A stretch of DNA of 64,000 bases, from positions 1 to 64,000 of the forward strand of contig ADNK01003007.1 in assembly GCA_000320545.1 (NCBI GenBank), given 5' to 3'. This document shows positions 13,906-26,912 of this stretch, piece by piece. Numbering within the stretch: position 1 is the stretch's first letter; every line of letters begins with the position of its first letter. Source of the DNA: Bigelowiella natans CCMP2755 (lineage: Eukaryota > Protista > Cercozoa). The notes below the pieces were generated by a model. The model was not told the origin of the DNA. It was given only the letters and a program-made list of their open reading frames with translations, and made no database searches. The translations under genes and the position numbers were made by a program.

Positions 13906-16900
13906 AAGAGGGAGAAAAAATGGTGAGGGACCTCTGTACTACAGCATCAAAGTGAGGATGAAGAATAAACGGACCTACATAGGAATGTAACAATTCAAAC
14001 TTGCTCTTTCAAGATATAGCCGATCTTATCACTATTACGTATAATTTCATCCTTTGTTTTGTGAAGACTCAAGGATGCATTTACAAACGCACATACACAC
14101 ACACACACACACATACACATACACATACACAAAAACTCACCCAGAGAGCGAGATCAAAATTGAGGGAATAACAAAAGTTTGAAAGGCAAAGAGAAAGCTG
14201 GGCGAGAGAAAGATATGCACCAGTAACTCTAGCGACATCATCGTGGCTGGAAACTTCTTTAAGGTTGCTGCTTACTTCCAACCCATGCAAGTAATCCTTA
14301 GGTGGAGCAAAATAGTGTGTACACATTACAATCACTCCCCTTCGTGAAACATCTTCCGAGCTCGCATAGTTGAGTATCATTTATGGGGTAAAATCTACCT
14401 GTGTTGGTGATGAGGTAGTAGGCGAAAAAGTCGGCATTGAAGTCAAGGGAGTAGCAGTCGGAACATGCGTGGATGGGGAGGAGGTTGGCTGCGATGACGA
14501 AGGCCCGCAACTCGGAGCCAGAGACAAAGGCGCTCCTAAAATATTGTCTCTATATTGTTGATGACGCAAGAATTCACCACCACCACTGAGGCATGAACAA
14601 TTACCCTTCCCTACCAACCCATACCACTAGAACGCTGATGAGATCTCGCTAATCACCTGTTGGGCGGTCAGTAGCAGGAGCGTTAGTAGTCGTTGGTGCC
14701 TTAGTAGTCGAATCGAGAGCAGCAAAGGCGTAGAGGGTTGGAACGACGTCTCCGACCCACGTCAGTCGCTGTTTGACAGAGCTGGAGTTCCCCCCTTAGA
14801 TAACGTCAAAAAAGGAAGGCATTATCTGCACATAGGCCTAATGGCTACGTGTAAGACAAGAGAGGTACCAAATTGAGAGTCGCCCCAAGTCACCACCCTG
14901 TTGCTGGCTATCAATCGAGCAGCAAACGCTCTCCCTGAGAAAGACCAAATGTGAATGAAAGGCAAGCTTCACGTGCATATGTGTGGATTTGCTTAGAAGA
15001 CTTCAACATTATTTTTGACTTAATTTGTCTCTGATGCTTCTCCTTCTGTTCGCAAGGGGCCATCCGAAGCATCATAGCAGCATTCTAGGAAACCTTGTGA
15101 CTATGTGTAAATGTACCTTTCGGAGACGAATAGATTGCCTGCACCCTGGACAACTTCAGTGCCGCTGAAATTGAAGATAAGTTACCTGTTTAAAGGTGGT
15201 TGTAGTGAGGATATGAACTCTGCACAAACGTTAGAACTTGGGCGCGATACACGGTATAAACAGCTACCCCCGGTATGCGCGCTACCCCACGCAACTGCCA
15301 TTCCAGAATCGCTCAAGGCACAGAAGCCTTTACATAGCACATTTGAGATAAAACGGCACTTTTAATAGGGATTAGGATGAGGGGAAGGAGGTTACGCTGA
15401 AAAGGAAGATATCACTCCAAGATCTAATGGTCATGTTATTATACTTTGAGAAGTTGAGGCAATGGTTGTGATGTTTCGTAGAAGATGCTGCACACTCGAC
15501 GAGTCTCCCCCACTCTCTGTGTGGCCCCACGTGACTACCTGCATGTGGAAACAGAAATAAGGTTGCTGAACTAACGGTGATAGAGCATATTCGATCTCTG
15601 GCCAAGGGTTCAAGAGAAAAGTGTAATTCAAAAAATTAATTTATGCCCCGGCTTTCTTTCAATGGCGCTGACCGTGTTGTCGTGTCGCAGAGCAGCAAAC
15701 GCTCTGGATGTGGTGAATATGTCGGACACGTTTGCGTTTAGCTGAGAGCTGACGCTGGAAGAATCAGCCCCATAGAATATCCGTCCCCAGGTAATTACAC
15801 TCCCATCGCTCATCAGCGCGGCAAAGGCATATTCCGTATGGAAGAGCTTCCTTACTGTAGCAGCTGTTGCGGGTAAGGGTGGTGATGATGGGGATATTCG
15901 AGGATCTCTTGGAGATGTCGTCCACCCTATCAGATGCACAATTAGAAAGAATTATGAATTAACACTGCTCGAGCTTTTTATTCTTGGATTAGCGTTGTTC
16001 AATTGTCTCAGGTTCTCTAAGCCCAGAAACATACCCCATCCTAGTATCTTGGAGTCATTGCGAATTGCAGCGAACGATTCGGTATTAGATTCGATGGAAA
16101 TGAAGAGGAATTGTTGGTTTTCTAACACGTCCAGAGATTGTAGGTTATCATAAGCGCCACTTCCCCAAACAATAATTTCTCCTTTTTCACGGCAGCACAG
16201 GATGGAGGAGGGAAAAAACAGGAAGAGAGAAAGTAAAAGCCCATTCGAAGATGCTTGAGTTTACAAACTCCTATATCATTTTCATGTTATCACTCTCGCT
16301 AAATACTGACTCTATATGTATGTAACCTGTATCTGTAAGGCCTGCGAAGGCGCCTAAAATCGCCGTGATTTGAGTCAGTTTTTTGGACCTAAGATAAACT
16401 GATTTTCCTGTGAACGGATAATCCACGTCGCCTCCGTACAACCCTATGTAGATTTAAGAAGAGAGTTGCAAGATTAGAATGGACATTAGTGACGTAGCTC
16501 TCGCACTTACTTTCACCGAACGTGAGGAGTGATCCGTTTGTTAATAACACGGCAAACGCCGGTTTTGAACCTAATAGTTTATAGATATTTATGCAACTAC
16601 AAATAATGCCCTGTTTAATACCATTGTGTCGCTATTTCCTTCTTATTCGACCTTAATGTCCCTTCTGTTTTCTTATCTACTATTAATATTCTGCCATCTA
16701 TCTCTCTTCGTTTTCATGATTTCTCCCAACCTTTATTGCTCACAATCCGTTTGACGTCGTTGCTGGCCTCAATTTGAAAACTCTTTGTGACGAACGAATT
16801 GCTTCTAGAAGATACTCCATACCACAGAAAGTATGATCCATCATCCTGATAAATCACGTTTATATGTGGGATTAGTTAAGATTTGAAAGAAAGTTGTAAA

Positions 16901-17550
16901 TCTCGTTAGCCGGCGGTGCGAACACCAGGGACATTTCCTTTTTTAAAATGGGGATATAGCTAAGACCTGCGTCGCAGCAAAGCCTATTTCAAACAAAAGA
17001 TTATATTGGGGGGAATTAAAGTAGAAACAAGGCCAATGATGATGGAAATTCAAAATTACCTCTCGGGAAGGGTAACACGTTTGTGAATCTTAAACTCCTA
17101 ATGTAAGCAGGAGGTTGTCCACCATATTCACTGCTACCCCATACATAAAGACCTCCTGTGAAGAAAATTGAGGTAAGAATGTAATTTTTATCCACGATTC
17201 TACTGAGGGGTACACAGCACCGTGTGCGGTAAGAGATGCGAAGGCGCCTTCTGAAGCGACGAGCTATCAAAGCATCCATACTGTTAGATTGCAAAATTAA
17301 GAGAATATACATCGGAATACCTTCGTCACATCAGCGTACGTAGGAATGGGTGCTGATCCAATAGAAGCCCCTCCTTCATTAGAACTTCCCCAAGTTATCA
17401 CCTACATAAACACACTTCTGTTCATTGCTTACTTTTCTCTATTTTCTTTCCCATCCCCCTCTCCCTCTGCACCTGGTATGCTGTCCCTACACTTAATCCG
17501 AATGAAAGAATGGCTATCCTCAACCACAAGCGTGCCAAAAGGGAGTCCAT
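4196..17550 (-). CDS. Very large multi-exon multipass membrane protein: signal peptide, RCC1/BLIP-II-like beta-propeller repeats, P/T-rich stalk, unknown ectodomain, several TM helices, Ser/Arg-rich cytoplasmic tail
   Basis: ATG at 17550 gives a signal peptide (MDSLLARLWLRIAILSFGLSVGTAYQ). Repeated AFAALxxDGxVxTWG units run across 14.6-17.4 kb (e.g. AFAALMSDGSVITWG, AFAALRHDNTV, AFCALSDSGMAVAWG). Stalk PTSSPSTHVPTATPLTSMPTFSPTTSSPT at 14.4-14.5 kb. Hydrophobic exons lie near 8.2, 7.9-7.6, 6.7 and 4.8 kb. Exons at 7.66, 7.45, 7.26, 6.99 and 6.78 kb join in compatible phase, linking the 4.2-7.3 kb part to the upstream part. Exons between 8.5 and 14 kb are only partly resolved, so two genes cannot be excluded. 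Confidence 0.65.
12400..12505. repeat. Perfect 53-bp tandem duplication (2 copies), probably intronic
   Basis: aagatctgtcaggggcgcattagtagtgtgtgtttgaggacaagcccgcttat occurs at 12400 and again at 12453 with no spacer. Confidence 0.95.
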
Positions 17551-18101
17551 GGTTTCGGAATCACTTGTGCCTACGCCTTCCGATCGCAAAACGACGAAGA
17601 CATTGTGTGGTATTCTCTCGCTACCCCTCGGATAAAATCGTCCTCTCGGTCTCGCTGAGAACGAGGGACTTGTAACGCTAAATGAGATGTTCAAAACAAA
17701 TGGATGATAGGCGATTAGGTATGTGCGACAAGAAAAAAATTCTGATTGAGATCCGAAAACGACCATCCGATTTCGTTTCCCATCGGAAACGCTCAACTAC
17801 CGGCGACTACAGGCATTGGATCGACGTAAATTAAAAGTCGCAGAGCTAAAATTGAGGAGGTTTTTCAGTTTTTGAAGCTAGTACAGATGCTGGAAGGTTT
17901 CCCTAATACGATTGGGTTTTGAGGAACAGCTGGAAGGGCATGAGATTACTTCGGTGCGACAACAAATGTCAACTAAAAACATTGAAAAAACAGCACTATT
18001 TGCCCTCATCTCTTCGTTGCCACTAGAAACGCAGCTACCTCAATGGACTACAACTTCGATTGACTTCCTGGTTGTGAGTGCGAAAAGAGGGAAACAGACG
18101 G
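17551..18101. promoter_or_regulatory. Short divergent (putative bidirectional) promoter region
   Basis: About 550 bp between the minus-strand ATG at 17550 and the plus-strand ATG at 18102; position-based inference only. Confidence 0.5.
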
Positions 18102-21100
18102 ATGCACCTACATGTTCTCCTTGCTGCCGCTGCAGTGCTGCGGGCTACGGCGGAGAACAGCACCGCTGTAACGAGGACAATGACTGGAATTCACGGGGTT
18201 GTGTACAACATGCCAAAAGGAATTAGTTATAGCCCTTTGCTCGAGGCTACTGTTGTTTCAGACGAAGGTCGTTAACTTGATGTAGTTGTTGCTTATTTAG
18301 TGAGTCCAAAAATCACTAGTTCCTCATAGGCAACCAAATGGTTTATATCGCCAACTTGAGCTCTGCTGGGAGTGCGCAAGTCGTTCAACTGGGTCAATAT
18401 ATAGGTCCTCTTGGGGAGGAGCAACAAAAAAAAGAATAGGATTTCTTTTGACTAGCTACATGACTCTATTTCTATGTACTAGATTCTGGGTATGTCGATG
18501 GAGATAAGGACAACGTTCGTTTTTCTTCACCCAGAGGTCCCTTTTAATTCTGCTAGAATTTGAAAAATATATCTTTATCATGAATAATTACCAATACTAT
18601 TAGGCATCGTGCAAATATCGGACTCCCCGCCTACTTTCATACTTGCAGATAGTGTAAATACTTTTAAGATACTTGAATAGACCTTGCTATATCCGCATTG
18701 CTCTGCTATCTTTGGCATTCCGTGTTAATTTTAATTTCGGTACAATTAGGGGAATCACGTGCTCCGCAAGATTGTGGCGTCGTCTCTCCACAATGTCTCG
18801 ACTTCTACTCTTATTGCGAATGTAAGTAGTACAGTTTTCAAGTTTTAAATCTAGATATTTCATCAAGATCGACATGAAATATTTATCTACATTCTTCCAT
18901 TTCGAATTTTTGATTAAAATATTTTTGGAAGGTTTAATATTTACATTTGAATATTGATGTAGCTTTCGCTTTGATAGATAACGTTATACTTGTCTTCTCT
19001 CGGCATTTATCATTTCGAATGAATAGGGATCTGCGTCTGGGTTCAAGGATGGCGTCGGAAAGGACGTGCTCTTCCAAATACCTTCTTACCTAGCATATTC
19101 AAGCAGCGATGAAAGGCATGCTTATCTTTGGATGTGACGGATGGGAGCTCAAAAAATGTATTTTGATTCAGGAAAGTACTTTTTGTTTCTGATACCTCTA
19201 ACCATGCGATTCGTATGGTAGACTTGAAATCACTGCAGGTATGATCAAGCACTGCATGCCATAAAGACTATTTTCCCCCTGTCTTACTACTGTCCTTTCT
19301 ATGATCGAAAGGTAACATCAATCGGAGCGGGCGTTTCTGGATTCATCGATGGAATCGGCCACCTAGCAGCGTTTAACAACCCAAATGGTTCAAAATTATA
19401 GTATGTCTGTTTGATAAATCGTTGACTGTCTACCAACAACTAAAGGTCTTGATGTTACCCTCTGCTGCAATAAAACCCAATACGTGTACGTGGCAGATAC
19501 GAATAACTCAGTAGTTAGAAGGTAATGGAAAAACGCACGATTTCCCATTATGTATGCTTTCCGGTATTCACCAACAAGAACATGAAACGCATTTAAACGC
19601 AGCATTTAACATTGACAAGTCCGGATTCGCGAGGCTTTAAATATGGATGATTGCATGATTATTTAGGATCGAACTGACGGGAGAGAGCAACTATACAGAT
19701 ACTATCTCAGGGGGCGGATGCAATAATTCCTGTAATTCCCCACAGGACGGTAAGTTTTCATTAAAACCATTTTTTAGCACAACATCTCCTCACCATATCA
19801 GCCTGATGACAGTGTACTCAGATTTGTTTCTGTAAGTGAGACTTTCTAATGGTATCAGGTTCCCTCTCGATAGCGACTTTTAAGTTTCCTTTTGGATTGG
19901 CAGTTCTGCATCGATATGGTTGATTTTCATCCAATTCATATTAAACTACGACGGAGCAGAAACAGAAGATGCGCGCGCACGAGTGTATGTGATTTCACTG
20001 TTCGTAAACAGTTTGAGAATTGACACTATATACCTCCCATTAGTAGCATGAACCCATAATCGTATTCTAATATCAGTGATTGTATTTTAGGCTGCAGCCC
20101 CGAGGAAGGAGTTATATTTGTCACAGATCAATATGCAGTTCGTCGTATCTCAATAGCAGAAAATGCGGTAAGGGCGTTTTCGAGACGCGCTTTTTGGGAA
20201 ATTATGATTGAATAGTTTTCGATCGTGCAGCCATGTCTTCCTTTCTCACTCACAGAGTAGTTTGCCGTGTTTCTTATCTTGCCTTGATAAAGATTCAATA
20301 TTACTTAAATGTCCTGCAAATTTGCTTGATTGGGAGCTTGTGTGAGTTTACATATCATCCCAACAATACAGGAACATATCTTGGTTATCTTTTCTATATG
20401 ATTTGTTGAGGTGACGACTATAGCAGGCTCTTCAGTTAGTGTAGATAATGGACGCGATGGGGTAAAACTGCTGTCGTGCATGTACTTTATACATAATTAT
20501 AACTACCAGCATGCAAGGAACGTGAATAAAGATGGAAGAAATATATCAGAGTGATTAGGGAATACGATAAACCACAACGGTCAGTCATGACTACATTATT
20601 GATATTGAAGGTGGGGAGTTTCGCAGCATTCCAGCTTCCTCTTCCTATCTTCCTATTGGACAATTCGGGGTATGAGATTCCGTCAAGAAAGAACTAGTGG
20701 GATCTTAGATGAAGAGAGTATGGGGCGAAGAAGAGGCAGAGGGGGAGAGCAAGAGACAGAAGTTTTTTATTAAAACTAAGTTCCAATAATATTTATCTCG
20801 AATATAAACTTATTTTCAGTTTCAGAGCGCAGTTTCAGATCGGCGATATCGACAGTTCTTCAGAGCCTATGGTTTGCAATACAGTCGCCTCGAGTTGCCT
20901 TTATTAAATCTGCCACATGTGACATTCATTTCCTAATTGAAATCATGGCGGTTTATCCTTGTTTACCTTCTACCAGTCTCGCCTGGTTCGGTTAGACTAC
21001 ACCTACACGTCACCCGAGCCGTCTCGATGTGTCATCACTGACTCCCCTTCTACAGCATCTCCATGTTAGTGTTCATTAAGCGTTCTCCTCTGCTACATAC

Positions 21101-24100
21101 TCAACGCTACACGTGCTTGTCTTATCGCTAAGTATCTTTATTATATCTTAGCTTCAGCTCCCACCACGTCGCCGCATACGCAGTCTCCAGTAACTCTATG
21201 TCCCAGTTCTTTGTCCCCATCTTCTTCCTCCCCTATCTCGTGTACTTCCTTTATAATTGCCCATTTTAATAGCGCCTCTGTATGTTACGAGTTTGGTTGA
21301 TTGGATTGCATGCACACAACACGGGTCATATTCGAGTGAATTCATCATAATTTAAACTGCTAATCAATATCATCGTTTACTGTACGATAGCTGCTATCTC
21401 AACGGGTGCCCCCACCTCCGTGAATCAGGACGATCATTATATAGCCCCTCATATTAGCTTAAATGTCCCGCAGCCCTTCCGAATCGGCCTCAATAACGTT
21501 ATCACTGCAGAAATCAAGTGGGGAGATGACGGCAGCTCTCAACCTTCGCAGTCCTTCTCTGAACTGCTTTGTTCTTATTCATGGAAAATTGTGAGATTAG
21601 CTTCTGATTATCGCCCGAGCCTAGTCGCGCTTGAAAACAAGCACGTACACCATTCACGCCTATATGTGCCGTCGGGCACATTGGAGGCGGGGGAAAGCTA
21701 CGCATTAAATTTCACTTTCAATTCCACGAAGAGTCAAGTTGTCACTGAGTCGGTGAATTTTGAGACATTTGTTTCAAGGCTACTGCCATCAATTGAAGGA
21801 GGACAGATAAGAGAGGTGCAAAGGGGGCGAGGTCTTTCCCTTTCAGCGAGAAGCAGCTATGATCCAGATTCTGTTGCAGGTGTTTGCTAATTTTTGAATC
21901 TTTAATGTTTCTTAGAGCCTATAACTTGAGCTTAGTCGTAATACTTCAATCTCTTTTCCTTCCCTCCATCCATTTCTCTTTCTCTTCCTTTTGTTTACAT
22001 CGCTCTTCAATCACTTTCTACATTTACGGGGATATTCTTATACTTGCTAATCTCATAGATATTAAGCATTTTGTACTCTTGCTCACCACACAGCTCTCGC
22101 TTCCTTTTCGCCTTCACCAATGCCTCATATCCGTTTGGTTATTGCAACGAAGGAACAATCCATAGCGAGCATGGTGGTGACCGCAAGGAGTTCTTTGCTT
22201 GGACGTGCAGCAAGAAACTCAAGGACAGTCAAATCCCCAAAAACATTAGCTTCGACAATACTTCGACACCGTGCAATACATCAATGTTGCAAGGACTGAA
22301 TCAATCCGAACTCGTGATTTCTGGAGATCTTTGGAATACATCCCGCTGCTACTTGTTCCAGCTTAGATTTTCGGTCGTTTCGAATGGTGGATTTTTAAGA
22401 CGCGAGGAAGCTATTTCAGTGCGGATTACAGTGGTTAAAGACTTGATCCCAAGAGTCACATTGCAAGCAAAGTCGACCATCATTCCGGTAACGAAGGCGA
22501 GTAGTATTGAACAGAAAGAAATGAATTAAAGAGACGCTTTATTTAGCTTTCATATTATCAGGAGAGTCCGTTTATGTACATCATGTCGTCTCTTCTCTTT
22601 ACTCTCAGCCTATTTATCTTCCTCTTCTCTATCTCTTCTATTGATCATAGTGATATGATTGCATGTGCGCATGCATTCTTGCAGGAAAATTTTGTGTTTA
22701 CGCGTATTCCTGTATGCTCTTGGTTCCTTTGCTTAGCTCTCTGCACGAGTTCAGCTGTTAGCCAATGCAGTGCCATCTCCAGATAGCAGGTCAACTGTCA
22801 GCGATTTAAGCTATCAATGGGGCTTGGAGGATTACCAGATCACTGCAGCATTTACAAACGACTCCTTTCGAGCACCGTACATCGATATAAAACTCAGCTC
22901 GTTGCTGACCGGCATTTTCCCCGCAGCGCCCAGCAGTCAGAACATCTTTGTGTTCAAGGTTTGTGTGACAGATACACGCGCGAATACCTCTACCGTAGCT
23001 ACGATTTCAGTTTCGAAGGCTGAGACACCAGTCATAACGAGTTACTCGGTCGCTCCTCTAAGAGCGCAAGCCTTTATCGAGGAGTTCAGCGCAACCATCA
23101 CGGCCTCATCTGCGCATCTACCTCTGAAGTACCAGCTCTCCTTTAACACGTCGCAGGGTGGCAGGAGCGTCATCCTTCGTGGCTTCTACTTCAACCAAGC
23201 TGGTGATGATGCGCGCTTCTCACTCCCACACGTTAACGCCACCGTCGAAGCAAAGGTAGCCCGTGCAATAAGTCGGGGGGGCAGGGGGGGAGGGGATGAT
23301 GAATTTTGCCAGGAATCGGCCATAATGTTCTTCATAAAATAAGGGCAAACTTTTTATAATCTCTAACTCATTGGAATTGTTACAGGTTCAAGACGTCTTG
23401 GGGGGAACCTCCTCTGTTTTCTCGAGCCTACTTACGTCATATAAGTCCTCTCCAACAGCTTCATCTCTTGAGGCCTCCGCCGGCGATGATCGGCAGGTTT
23501 TGGTCGGAAAGATTTGCAATGGTACAAAGGACAGTTTGCATGAGTTGAGCGCCCTTGCACGCCATGCCCTTCAGGGAGACGGCATATATATTGAGCAGTC
23601 GATATATTCCGTTGTAAGCAGTGTACTGGAAGACTTAAAGACGCAACAGCGATACGAAAACCTATGGCTATTTGCCCAATTGGGGCTCGAGGTTGTCCAG
23701 GAAATGAGCGAATTAGCTGCAGCGTACAGCACTACGATCGCAGCTTGCAATCAGATCAACGTCGACCTCAGCTCGGCAGTGATCCGAGATCATGATCAAT
23801 ATCAAGAACAAGGAAGAGTTATCACACCTAGCGCTCATTTATCTGAAGTTGCTAGGGAGTTGTGGGCCCGTTTTGAAGTCGGAACTTCGGCAGTGTTGAT
23901 GAATGAAGCTCCTTACTCCGTTGTAACCCCACGGCAGGGATCGCAGTTTCTTTCGAGGCTTGTCTCCTCGACGGCTCTCAACAGCTCAGTTGGTACGGCG
24001 AAGTCCTTCGTCAACGCTACCTCTAATCTCATTACAGCTATGTTGAATAACGTGGAGCAAAGCGTTGGCGACATTGACGACCATAGCAGTGTTGATGACT

Positions 24101-26912
24101 TTGCCAATGTGAGAAGCATAGCCAGGAAAACTAGATGTCTCAACCCTCAATTATTTGTTACTCTGTCTTTTTTCATTTCTCTTTCCGCCACTCTCTCTTC
24201 CTCTCACTCCCTGTTTTCTTTTTCACCCCTTTCACTTGAACTAGCAACTCTCCACGTTCTGTAACCGTTACTTCCCTTCATCATCAGGTGCTTTCGACAG
24301 CTCTAGAAAGAGTGAACTATAGCCGATGCAAGGACGGGGTCAGCGAGGACGCCTGCGTTCTTACTGGGTCCGCGTGTTCTGTTGCCTCGCTGACATATAA
24401 AAGCATCGATGACCTTCTCAAGGTTCAGGCGGTACGATTAATTCCAGGTTCTGATGGAGAGGAGGTGCAACAGCCCACCTTCATCGCCAGTTCTCGATCG
24501 CGCCTCGACTCAGAGCTGATCGAGTTTGCATCGCCAAAAGTCGATGCTGCCATCCACAGAGATAGCTTCGTAGGTAGCGGTGCTGTCCGGTCTTCCTACC
24601 TGATGTCCTATGTCACATTTCCCAACAATCTGGCCAGTCTTTCCTTTTGCCGTCCTGGATCTAGTTTTGAGAGCGAGGCGGAGCTTTCTTCTTCAACGCC
24701 TGCTTTTCCCTCCTCTCTCGCGCCTAGTTCTAACTTAGGCGATGACGTCCGAAGTAGCAGTAGTAGAGGCAGCACTAAGTCGAAGATAATTTCGGAGGTG
24801 GTGACTAGTGTCAATTTGTATTCGAACGTGTGGGGACTTTCAAATGTGACAAAGGTTACGAGTCTGTCTTCTTTTAAGAATGGGAGCAGCACTGGAAGTG
24901 TGAAACTTAACTTCGCTGTTTCCGAGGAAATTGCCACCTCCAGCTGCGACGATGCTCACCTTCCAACAAAGTTGCTATACAGACCGGTAAGGATGCGCGC
25001 GAAGTGAAATATGTCGCTCAAATTTTCTTTTTTTAAGAGAGAATGGGTGCATATGCGTTTCAACAGCCCGTTGAAGAGCTGGTAGGATCCTTATTTATGA
25101 CAATAAATGCAGCCCAATGTATTAATATTTGTCTCTTCCCTAATCTATAGACACACCCTCATTATGGACGCCGCAACATTTTTTCCTGCTACTCTATAGG
25201 TTTGCGCGTACTGGGATACAATCGATTTACGCTGGTCAGATGAAGGATGCAGGGTGCAGCTAGCGGATTATTCAAGCGACAATGCCTCGTATCCAAGTCC
25301 CCGAGGTTTTGTACAATGCACGTGCGATCATCTTACCGAATTTGCTGTTCTGAGGCACCAGCTCGGAGCATGCGGCCTGGAAGATGATCTAGGACAGCCT
25401 TGGAGCTTCACAGCGATGTATATGGTCTTTTCGGGATTGTATATGATCGCGTTTTGTCTTTGTGTGACGCAGTTAGCGCGTCTGCTTTCAGGATCAAGAA
25501 CTGTGCTCAGCTCGCATGCGCTTTTATTCGGGACTTGCGCACTGGTATGTTTGTTGCGAGCTCTACTCTGCCTTTTCCTCTCATCATATGACTCTAGCAA
25601 GGGGTTCAATTCACGCGATGCGCCGAGAGGTGTTACGCTGGTGCTGGTCGCTGCGCCCTACTCGCTGTCCTTCTGGATCTTTTCCTTCGCAGTCTTCCAG
25701 TGGATTTCGATTCTTCACAACAAGAGGCTGTCTCGCCGGCCCTTCGAGCGCTTTAAGAAATGGTTTGTCGCCGTGAATGTTGCCGTCGTAGCCCTTGTGT
25801 GGCTACTGTTTGGACTATTTCTCTCCTCCAAGCACCCCGGCAGCAGGGACGCATATTTGGCAGGCCCCACCTTAATGTCGTCGTTGTTTCTTTTCGCCGC
25901 CGTATCAACTCTATTCTATGGACTTCGAGTCGCGAGGAAGGTTGCAGGCATTATACCAACGAACAGATTTTCAGAGAGGAGCAGTAGAAAGGCCAGGAGG
26001 TTAAGGCTTGTGAGCGCCAACTCCTTGCGGTTAAAATCTCTCGCACTTGGAGCAGGGTTCGTTCTATTAAGCACAGCTGGCTTGGCATCTGCGTTGGCTC
26101 CCTCCAAGCGGACCCGACTCATTCTGAGCGTCGCATATTATTCAGCGGACATTATCAACGTCATCATGGTGCTCAAGATGTACAATGGCGCCATCAAAAG
26201 TAGATTGCAGAAAGTCAAGGTAAGGACGCGCTCGACGAGGACAAAAACGGAAGGTACATCTGTGATGGCACCGAACAATCAATTGCTGTCTGGTAAGACT
26301 GGGGATCCTTCCCGATCGAGCCAATTTGATCACCGAAAAAGCTTGCCGCCGCTCTCGAAGATGTCATCGTCTCAAAGAGAAAGAGAAGTAGAGATGATGC
26401 GCAAAAGGGTTGTTTCGCCAGCGCTAATTGACGATGGTTTTGGCATTGTCAACGAGGCAGTGTGTGACAGTTACATCAAAGAGCATCTTCCCTTCGCAGC
26501 TGACACGGCTTTAAACCCAGAATTCTCTGTCTTCCGAAGATCTTCCATCAGAGATGGCGCCCTTGTCTCTGACAGAAAGTCTGTGGATTCGGCGATGTCT
26601 CATCTCGAAGGCAAGCTGACCATCACAAGGGTGGGATCCCATGCCACGGTTTCTCATCGACGCCGTTCAAGCGGCGATGTCAGTCTGATTCTCAGCCCAT
26701 CCCCTCGAAATTCATTGAAAACCGAAGAGCGGCACCGCTCCGGCGATGTGAGTCTGATTCCAAATCCGTCTCCTCGAAATTCATCAAAAACCGAAGACCA
26801 CATGGCTCGCCCAGCATTCGACAGTCCATTTGTTTCGGCAGATGACAGTGACGGTTCTAGCGCTGCTGACATGAAGCGAAGAACAACTGACCGACGTGTG
26901 TTTGCTCTCTGA
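18102..26912 (+). CDS. Adhesion-GPCR-like receptor: signal peptide, NHL-repeat propeller, S/P/T stalk, REJ/PKD-like region, GAIN/GPS motif, 7TM, long Ser-rich tail
   Basis: Signal peptide MHLHVLLAAAAVLRATA (ATG 18102). NHL-type exons: GYVDGDKDNVRFSSPRG, GFKDGVGKDVLFQIP, LFVSDTSNHAIRMVDL, GFIDGIGHLAAFNNPNG, VYVADTNNSVVRR, VTTIAG. REJ-like segment LPSIEGGQIREVQRGRGLSLSARSSYDPD. GPS motif VCAYWDTIDLRWSDEGCRV...VQCTCDHLTEFAVL (25200-25355). About seven hydrophobic helices follow in ORF 25254..26912. Confidence 0.88.
26655..26800 (+). repeat. Coding tandem duplication of about 69 bp (23 aa) in the receptor's cytoplasmic tail
   Basis: RSSGDVSLILSPSPRNSLKTEE followed by HRSGDVSLIPNPSPRNSSKTED; DNA similarity is also visible (ggcgatgtcagtctgattc / ggcgatgtgagtctgattc). 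Confidence 0.9.
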
